A stretch of DNA of 64,000 bases, from contig CM022675.1 in the NCBI GenBank assembly GCA_012295275.1, positions 1,674,001-1,738,000 on the forward strand, given 5' to 3'. The translations under genes and the position numbers were made by a program. The first letter of the stretch is position 1, and each line of letters opens with the position of its first letter. The notes beneath the pieces were generated by a model. It did no database searches. It was given only the letters and a program-made list of their open reading frames with translations, and was not told the origin of the DNA. Positions 43,614 through 64,000 of this stretch are shown here, one piece after another. This stretch comes from Chrysomallon squamiferum. Its lineage: Eukaryota; Animalia; Mollusca.

Positions 43614-43877
43614 CACACAGAGAGACAGAGAGAGAGATATATATATATATAGAGTCTGTTCACAATGTGTACTAAGTCTGTAGTGATGTTTTGTGTAAGT
43701 AATACTAGAGATGTGTATATATGTAAAACTGAGGGACGACTTACGCCTAGACCAAAATATAACATTATGATTATTTATGTATTTATTTGTTTGTTTGTTT
43801 GTTTGTTTGTTTGTTTGTTTTTTGTTTATTTATTTATTCATTTATTCGTTTAATCTTCTTTACAGTATAAACTGAAT

Positions 43878-54381
<10,504 letters not shown>

Positions 54382-54619
54382 TTAACCTGACAAACATTTC
54401 ATATACTGTAGTAGCAAACTGAAGTTGAAAACTGTTTTTACTTTTAGATAAAATAGCTTTTGTTTAAAAGTTTTCTTTGCTTTAGCATTAGTTACTAATA
54501 CATTACGTTTTGATAGTTATTTGTCTTCTTTTGTTTTTTCTTTCTTTTTCATTCTTTCTTTTTGTTTCTTCAGATTTTTATTTCATTGTTGTTGTAATTG
54601 TTATTATTATTATTATTAT

Positions 54620-54671
<52 letters not shown>

Positions 54672-55118
54672 TGTTTCCTTTACTTACTTATTTATTTATC
54701 TTTTTTATTTTATTTATTTATTATTCAAGATTTTATGAAAATAAAAACAAATTCTCTATCTTCAGATTTTATTTTCTGTCAAATTTCGTTTTGCTTTTCT
54801 TCCTATATTTATTATTTTTCTTATTTTCGTATTGTTATTTTTTTTTATTATTTCTTTGTTTGTTTTATTTGAAAGTATTATTTTACTGTTTCTTTTCTTC
54901 TAGTTATTCTTACTATTATTTACACACACACACACACGCACGCACACACACACACACACACAGCCTCACACATATTGCGGTTTACTTTTTCCTCAAGCTG
55001 TAACTTGGATTACTGAAATCCAAATTGTTTTGTAATATACACAACACTTTTCTTTCTTTTCCTTGACCTGGCATAAAAGGAAAAGTGTTTTGCTTTGAGC
55101 TTTTGGCTTTGCCTTTTA

Positions 55119-55171
<53 letters not shown>

Positions 55172-55284
55172 TTAAATTAGTTCATTTCTTTTTAAATTGT
55201 TACTTTTTTTTATTATTTATGCATTCATTTCTATTATTTTTTTTTTTTTTTTTTTTTTTTTTCATTTCTTTTTTTGCATTTTCG

Positions 55285-55373
<89 letters not shown>

Positions 55374-56136
55374 GTTATTGCTATGTTTACATTTAGATTT
55401 ATTTTTTCGTTCTTTCTTTTCTTGCTCATTTCGTATTCCTGTAGCTGTATTAGGATTTTTTTATTTCTTTTAATTGATTTATTAACTTTTTTTTGTTTTT
55501 TATATATTTGCAATAGTTTGAATAAAGCTTATTGGGGTGCATCTCATGTAGTTTGTTTTCTGTAATATGTCGTAGATATTAGTTCAGATTTATTTTATGT
55601 TTATATAATTATTATTAATACTATATTTGGGGTATTCGGCTTGTTGTATAAATTCATGACAGAAGAAAAGCTTTATCCCTGCTATTTCCAAGATGAAGGT
55701 TTTTGTTGTAATTATCATATTTCTTCATGCATATAACGATGTTTTTCCTTACTGTTTTCTAGTTTAGATTACTGTACTTACACAACGAGCTATCAGTAAA
55801 GACTGCAGAGAATCACTTGATATCAAGTGATATTATTTCATACCGTTACTGATTATAACTATACATTGTTATTGAAGATAATTATGAATTGAGTTTTAAG
55901 AAGAAAGGAATTTGTCTTCTAATTAATTTCTCTGTTCAGTTTTCTCTTTGTTGTTACTCTATCTCTGATTTTTCAACTTATTTTTTTCTCCAGTTTAATA
56001 TTGTCAATACACACACTTATAGTGAAATCTTTCAAGAAGTGTTTTTCGTCCATTACCATCAAGTGTAACAGTAGTAGTAACAGTAGTCGTAGTAGTAATA
56101 GGAGTGTTATTAGTACCAGCAGCAGCAACTGAACGA

Positions 56137-56178
<42 letters not shown>

Positions 56179-57553
56179 GGTATTATTATTATAAGAAGTA
56201 GCAGTATACCTCTATATGTGCAGCACTAAAGAGTAAAGACAACTGTGAATTAATTTACTATAACAAAGATCCGTTTAGAGATGACAAGAAAATGGCAGAC
56301 ATGTTTGTTGCTTCATTTAACAACAGACAAAACTAAACTAAATATATGTCGAGACATAACAAGGGAGACTACTGTTGTCACAGCTGAGTGAGGGTATCCA
56401 TTGGTCGAGTTTTTATGCTACTGGAAGATGGCGACGTTAAGACATTTCAAATATGTTTATTATTTACTTAATGCTTTCTTCAAAACAGTTTTATAGTTAG
56501 AACTGAGAACTCTTAACTACTTTTATCTGAAAAGAATAATGGAAGTACAATACAATAAGTAATAAAAATAAATAATATATGAAATAGAATAAAGGACACA
56601 CATAGAAACACACACACACACACACCCACACTGTTTTATCACTTTCCACGTGTCAGTGAATTAATACAGAATCATCAATGTAACACGTATCAGATAATAA
56701 CTTTTGTTTGTAATTTCCTTTCATTAAGAGATAGCCTTATCAACATCAATAAGTAAATATATAATTTCGCTATCAAACTATCTGAAGAGATTTAAATAAA
56801 AAACTTAGGCTTTTGAAATTCATAGTTTAACTGTATATATATATACACACACACACAGTTCGTAAGTATTATAATTACTCAATGAAATTACATTTTCACT
56901 ACGTAACCAAGTACTTATAGATCCTGTAATTATAATCCTGTACAATTATGATGATCAAACTATGATATCAAGTGATTCTGTGTAGTCTTTGCTGATAGGT
57001 CATGCTGTCACGTGTTAAGGTGCCACCAGAAGTTCAGATAATCTGCCTGTTTATAAACTTAGTCTGTTCTGTTGCTACATACCTAGTTAGAATTATAATG
57101 TAGTAAGGTAGTTTTGCTTTGTTTATTAATTCGGACAAAGTTATAATAATAATAATAATAATAATCGTAAGAAATATTTATTAATACAGAAAAACAATAA
57201 GGATTCACAAGTACAGTAGTCAATGCTAGAAAAAAGTAAATATAAAACATCGTTATATCCATGAAAAGCTATAATAATTTCAGAAAGAACCTCCATCTTG
57301 GAAATAGCAGCAAGAAATCTATTCTTCCGGAATGAATTTATATAACAAGCCAAAACCCCGAACATAGTAATCATAACAATTATATAAACATTAAATAAAT
57401 CTCAATCAATATTTTAGAAATATTACAGAAAACAAACTACATGAGATGCACCACATGTGAGACAAGCTTCATTCAAACTATTTCAAATATAATAAAACAA
57501 AATACAAAATAATAATAAATAAAGAAACGAATAAATTAATAAATAAGTTAAAA

Positions 57554-57600
<47 letters not shown>

Positions 57601-57753
57601 AATAATAATACTAACAAATAAAAAATAAAAATTACGAATATAGCCATACGAATAGGAAAACAAGGAAGAAAAAAGTAGAACAAAAAGAATAATAATAATA
57701 ATAACAATAATAATAATAACAATAATAATAACAACAACAACAACAACAACAAC

Positions 57754-57814
<61 letters not shown>

Positions 57815-57952
57815 TACTGGTATTACCGTAGCCAGTATTACCGCTTTGTCTTAAAATACAGTCGCTAAGATATCGAGTTCATTTATCGATGTAAAGAAAA
57901 CAGATCTTGTACGTCATTAATCTCATAATAAGCATAATGATGATGGTGACGA

Positions 57953-58026
<74 letters not shown>

Positions 58027-58300
58027 ACAGTAATTATAATTATAACAATAAACACAATCTTGACTTTTAGCATAATCAGTATGATGTTACATTTTGGTTT
58101 CTGGGTTTCCTCCAGAAATAAAAAGATCATCTTTGAGACATGTATTTGATAAAGACATTTTAGACTGAGTCTCCAATTCCCAGTGTCTTTATCCGTTAAA
58201 CTGAATTTATACATTTTAATTCAGTACGTTAATGAACACTAAATTCTGATGTTTCGTGAGAGAAATAAGTTAGCGACAAAACATGAGAGGACTATCTGGG

Positions 58301-58654
58301 CAAGGGGCGGGCAAACTTCTTAACACAGGGGCCGGATGGATCTGATAGGAAGAGCATCAGGACCAGAATACGAAATGAGAACAACAAATATTTCAAAAAG
58401 TGTATTTTATGTAAACAGTAATTTCACTATTAACTCGGCGAGTACCTTCGAGACACCTTAAATTTTAACCTTGAGTGCGACGTGAATAAACAATAAAAAT
58501 AATAATAATAAGTAAAAAAAAGTAGCTCTATGAACTGACTTTATTTGATTGACTTTTATTTTGCTGTCTCGCGGGCTGCATGACAATCTTAATTGTTAAC
58601 AGTTTCGTGCGCCAGACAGTAAATCTTCCCGGACCGTTGTTTACCCGCCCTACG
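58301..58654. mobile_element. Probable non-autonomous hAT (Charlie-like) MITE
   Basis: Imperfect TIRs caaggggcgggcaaac and gtttacccgccctacg, with GC-rich gggccgg/gcgggc subterminal motifs. No clean 8-bp TSD seen. Confidence 0.55.
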
Positions 58655-58888
58655 GAGGACAATTGCTGGAATTGCAAACAAAGATTAAGAAAATGCATGA
58701 CCTCATCAGACGTACATTCTGCAACCAGTTTAAGTATACCAACTGCTCATACATTTCAAATTATGACCGTACACACAAACACACACATGCACAGTATTTT
58801 GTCAGTAAAATGATACAGAATCTTCAATGTAACACTTGTGTCATAACAACTTTTGTTTCCAATTTTCACTCATTAAAATATAGCCTAT

Positions 58889-58953
<65 letters not shown>

Positions 58954-59457
58954 AAAAATAAATAAATAAATGAAATTAAAATTAAAATTAGAAAAAAGAT
59001 TCGTGATCGGGGTTGTGATATTCGCTCTCAAACTGTCTGAAGAGATTTAAAGAAAACATTGCCATTTGAATTTAAAAATTAATTGAGGACGTTATTTTTT
59101 TTTTTTTTTATTTCTATATTTTTTTTAAAATTAAGTTCTTTGAATAGCTTTCTTGCATTTTTTACCACAGTTTACGGTTTTATAATTAGTTAATAAATTA
59201 TCACTTTGAGTACGTAATTAAATACTAATAAATCAATGCAATTTTAATCTTGTATAATTATTGTGATCACACCAGCGTTGTGAGTGCGTAATTACAGACT
59301 AAAAACAGTTGATACAGCTTTTTTTTTTTTTATTCAAGTCGCATACAAGTTTAAGATTGGGTATTAGAAAAGACAACGACTTAGTACTAAGTTTAGTTTA
59401 AAAAAAAATGATTTTGGAAAGTTAACGATAAGTTTTAGGGTAACGTTTAAAATACGG

Positions 59458-59970
59458 TTTGTCCTTCATCATAACTAGATTTAAATAACTTCTATTTCAA
59501 AAAAGTTCACTTTGGAAAATTGTATTTTAGGTGAAAAAAGTTAAAATAATTTTTATTTCAGAAAATTGATTTTGGAAAGGTAACGGTGGGTGAGAGTTTA
59601 TAGTTAAATATAACATTTATTTAAACAAAAAAATGTTCATGATATAAATAACGATACTGCTAGGGCTAGGATTAGGGTTACGGTTATGTTTAGGATAGGT
59701 TTACCTTTATATTTTCGGTTAGGATTAATGTTATGTTCGGGATTAGAATTAGGTTTAGATTTAAGTATTTATTTACCTCAACAGGCTTTCCTGTAAAAGT
59801 TGAACAATCTTGTGCTGAGCTTAATGATAAAATTGAAAAAAAGCTTTTATTTGAAAAACATTAACGGTCATTACTAGGGGGGGAAATATTTACTTGAAAA
59901 AATTTGTTTTGGATAGTTAACAGTGGATGTTTTGTAAAACGTTAATTTATCGCATAGTTATAATTAATAA
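59458..59970. repeat. ~500-bp repeat with degenerate TTAGGG-like core; also at ~62115-62560 and ~62712-63228
   Basis: Shared ttgtccttcatcat..gatttaaataac..aacgatactgctagggttaggattagggttacgg..gtaaaagttgaacaat. Confidence 0.85.
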
Positions 59971-60458
59971 AGCCTGCCTACCTACCAAGATTGTTTCATC
60001 CCTATCTACCTGTTTTTCTGTTGCTTTTTTTTTTTTTTTTTTTTTTTTTTGTTTTGTTTATTTATTCATTTATGTACAGATCTATTTAGTTTCTTATTCC
60101 ATTTTACTTTAATATAGTTTGTATTATTTCTGTTTTTTCATTATTATTATTTCTATAATTATTTAAATAATCTGTCTGCTTAGGTGTTATGATATACAGA
60201 ATTGTGTAATTTTATTTACTTAATACACTTACATAAATATCGCCACATATCTGATTGAACCCGCTGTGCCATTTACCTGCAGTCACAAATGTGTGACAGT
60301 CATGGTGACATTTCCCTTCACAATGGAGTTTATTGTATGTGTTAATTCATATAACATTTTTTAAAATGTATTTATTTATTTATTTCAATGTGTTTACCTC
60401 AATTACTACATCAATCACCCTTGACATTATACAGTAGGGACACTAGTAATAGTAGTAA

Positions 60459-60489
<31 letters not shown>

Positions 60490-60757
60490 GGTAGTAGTAG
60501 TAGTTGTACTGCTAATATATGTACATGATAAATAAATTGCAAGTTTATTTTATATTAATAATGAATTTCAACGAAGAATTAAAACAAAAACCTGTTTGTA
60601 TCCAAACACTCATAACGTGTTAATCCACCTGCCTGCCTATATTGTATTGCCAGTGTGTATTTCCTTTTTTATTCATTTATCTGCATATTTATTTATTTTA
60701 TTCTTGTTGTTGCCATACATTTAATGATCGATTTGATTTATAAATTAATATATATAT

Positions 60758-60917
<160 letters not shown>

Positions 60918-61147
60918 TATTATTATTTAAAGTTACCTTCCTTATTTATTTTTCGAAATTTGTATTTCATTAGTTATTTTCGTAGTTATTATTTTATAGT
61001 TTTCTCTTATCATATTTGGAATGTTTTGTACTAGACGTTGTTATGATTAGTTTGCTTTTGTGACAAATGTTACAACAATATTGTTTGATATTCATATGCT
61101 TATTACTTCTCATTTCTTCTCGGTATTATTATTATTATTATTATTAT

Positions 61148-61182
<35 letters not shown>

Positions 61183-61808
61183 TTATAATTATTTGGTACA
61201 GTTTCTTATTTTTTTATTTTTTTTATTATTGTCTGTTCTTAAAATTTGTATAACTGTTTTCGTTGTTTTTGTTGTTGTTGTTTCATTCTTTTTTCTTATA
61301 TTTATTTCATTATTTTATTATTATAAATATAGATTTATGATTTGGTCTTGCTATACTCCCAATGGATTGAATAACACATATAGGGCAAATGTCTTGTTTG
61401 ATTTGTTTTTCTTTATATGTCATACTCGTGGTTTGGATTAGATTTGTTGTGTACGTATATGATAATTACCAGGTTACCTTAATTTTTTATTTTCTCTATT
61501 TATTACAGAAACTGTGTAGATTCATGACTGAGGAAACACTTAGAAATGCTTTCCTAAAACTGTGGACGTGGAAAGTCCATTATTAATTTTTAATTTTTAT
61601 TTTTTTTTATTTTTAGAAACTACAAATATTACCTGCATATTGTTTCTTGTTGAGCTACAACTGAGATAGAAAGTGGATTATGATAGTTTATTTTCAGTTT
61701 ACAAGATTGCGGGTCTTTTTGAAATTATTACGTGAATTCGCCTGATTTTTGTCTCTCATATGTGTTCTACATTTTCTTGTTTAATTTCTTTATTATTATT
61801 GTTATTAC

Positions 61809-61869
<61 letters not shown>

Positions 61870-61895
61870 ATATTCGTATAAAAAAGTGACCCTGC

Positions 61896-62037
61896 TTGTA
61901 ATGAATTCAAATGTAAGTTCCTCATCTAAAGATACAGCTCATGATTCTGAAACTGAAGACTCGACTTTGAGGTTGATGTTGAACTGGACAAGCGAACAGT
62001 CTATTGAGTTTACTATGTTTGTGATATTCAGGACGCT
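61896..62037 (-). pseudogene. Inverted pseudo-exon homologous to exon 6 (ZP-C start) of genes A and B
   Basis: Minus strand reads LNITNIVNSIDCSLVQFNINLKVESSVSES*AVSLDEELTFEFIT. There is an in-frame TGA (tca at 61939-61941) and the donor reads GC. A second truncated piece lies at ~62572-62610. Confidence 0.9.
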
Positions 62038-63562
62038 CTTAGAGATTAATATCAAAATAAAAACAAACAACATTTATGCATAGTCAATAATTATAGTTGA
62101 CTGCGTATTAACTTTGTCCTTCATCATAAGCAGATTTAAATAACTTATATTTTAAAAAAGTTAACTTTGGAAAGTTAACTGTGAGTTTTAGGTGAAAAAA
62201 GTTAAAATAACTTTTAGTTCAGAAAACTGACTTTGGAAAGGTAACACTGGGTGATAATTTATAGAAAAATATAACATTTATTTAAAGGAAATATGTACAT
62301 CATATAAATAACGATACTGCTAGGGTTAGGATTAGGGTTACGGTTTTGTTTAAGGACAGGTTTACCGTTATATTTTCGGTTAGGATTAATGTTATGTTCA
62401 GGATTAGAATTAGAATTAGATTTAAGTGTTTATTTACTAGAAGAGGCTTTTGCTGTAAAAGTTGAACAATCTTTTGCCGAACTTAAAGATATAATTGAAC
62501 ACAAAAAACAACATTATTTGAAAAACATTAATTCTGTAAAGTTAACGGTCAACATTAAAGTTGGAGTATATTAAGTTGACTGTGTTTCTGACATTCAGGC
62601 TGCTTTTAGAGATTAATATCAAAATTAAAATAAATTAATTAATTAAAAACCAAAAAAACAACCGAAAAACGTATATGATAGTCAATAATTATAGTTGACT
62701 TCGTATTAATTTTGTCCTTTATCATGAGCAGATTTAAATAATTTCTCTTTTAGAAAAGTTGACTCTGTAAAGTTAACTCAGTTTTAGGTGAAAAAAGTTA
62801 ATATAACTTTTACATCAGAAAATTGACTTTGCAAAGGTACCGATGGGTGTTAGTTTATAACTAAATTTAACATTTATTTTTAAAAAATGAGCATGGTATA
62901 AATAACGATACTGCTGGTGTTAGGATTAGGGTTACGGTTATGTTTAAGGTTAGGTTTACTTTATATTTTCGGTTAGGTTTAATGTTATGTTCAGGATTAG
63001 AATTAGGATTAGATTTAAATATTTATTTATTTATTCGCGTAAAAGTTGAACAATGTTATGCTCAACTTAATGATAAAATCGAAAAAGACTTTTATTGGAA
63101 AAACATTAACTTTGTAAAGTCAACGGTGAACATTAGTGAAAAAATATTTACTTGAAAAATTTAGCTTTGCAGAGTTAACAGTGCATGTTTCATAAAACGT
63201 TAATTTATCGCATAGTTATAATTAATAATACAGCTAGATAGAGGGTCAGTGTTAGGTTTGGGGTTGGGCTGGGTGTTAGGGATAGTGTTAGTTTAAGCAT
63301 GATTCATCCTGCCTGACAAACTCATGAACAAAATATGAAAAAACGGGTTACACTGACATTAAATTTAGGACAGCGTTCTCTTATAACTTGTTTACCTCAT
63401 TTATCATGCAAATAATTTAATTCATCGAGAAGATTGTGTTTGAATCTTTTTTTGCCATAAAAGCTTATCGTAAATAAATTAAAATAGAGTGAAACATTCA
63501 CTCCCAGTTACCCGTGCAGGACGGTCATGTTGACATTCTCCTCCATAATGTACTTTTTTTAA

Positions 63563-63599
<37 letters not shown>

Positions 63600-64000
63600 G
63601 TTTTAAATGTTTACCTGAGTAGATATGTTAATCATATTTGACTATTTGCAGTAGAAGTAGTAATAATGAAAACAGTATTTGTAGTATAAGCAGTAGCAGT
63701 GTGTGTGTGTGTGTGTTCTTATGCATATTACTTATCACCTTTCTTCTCAGTATTGTTGTTCCTATTAATTATCATTATCATTATCATTATCATTATCATT
63801 ATCATATTATTATTATTATTATTATCATCATCATCATCATCATCATTATTATTGTTATTACCTTTAATTTTTGCTTTCTATTTATTTATTTATTTATTAT
63901 TTTGTTACTTTACTGACTTTGGGCGTTAGTTTAGTGTGATATTAAATATATTCTCATTGACCTAGACTGAACATTACATGTGACAGGACAGCCTGCCGTC

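Noticed and set aside
57879-58214. Possible minus-strand exon (LTDKDTGNWRLSLKC..)
   Set aside because: No recognisable domain, no similarity to gene A or B exons, and no neighbouring exons found.
61760-62083. Peptide NSNVSSSSKDT..LRLMLNWTSE shared by ORFs at 25602 (-), 46439 (-) and 61760 (+)
   Set aside because: It is the antisense frame of exon 6. Similarity stops at the exon borders, so it is not an independent gene.

Overview
AT-rich, microsatellite-dense eukaryotic DNA, most likely molluscan; this is inferred from the gene family, not established. There is a 200-N gap at 8819-9018. The core is a tandem segmental duplication with ~22 kb spacing, carrying two paralogous multi-exon genes on the + strand (coding spans 22530-32819 and 43878-54381/54422). 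I reconstructed them by hand from GT-AG boundaries and intron phases. Each encodes signal peptide, 2 EGF domains, ZP-N, ZP-C, a furin site (RKRR), a TM helix and a short tail. This resembles the molluscan EGF-like/ZP shell-matrix proteins, except that a phase-symmetric cassette of a linker plus four group-A SRCR domains sits INSIDE the ZP-C domain. SRCR exons have diverged to ~45-50% aa identity between paralogs, while EGF and ZP exons are ~87-100% identical. Both copies carry frameshifts as assembled, some in homopolymers. An inverted pseudo-exon of a third copy lies at ~61.9-62.0 kb. Local oddities include a precisely duplicated intron giving an AG|GT zero-length exon, an array of repeated splice donors, an in-frame exon-intron fusion, and a minisatellite amplified in one arm of an inverted duplication. 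Tc1, Tigger/pogo, L1/Tx1-type LINE and probable hAT MITE relics are present. Most ORF-track entries are microsatellite artefacts. All identities are hand counts.
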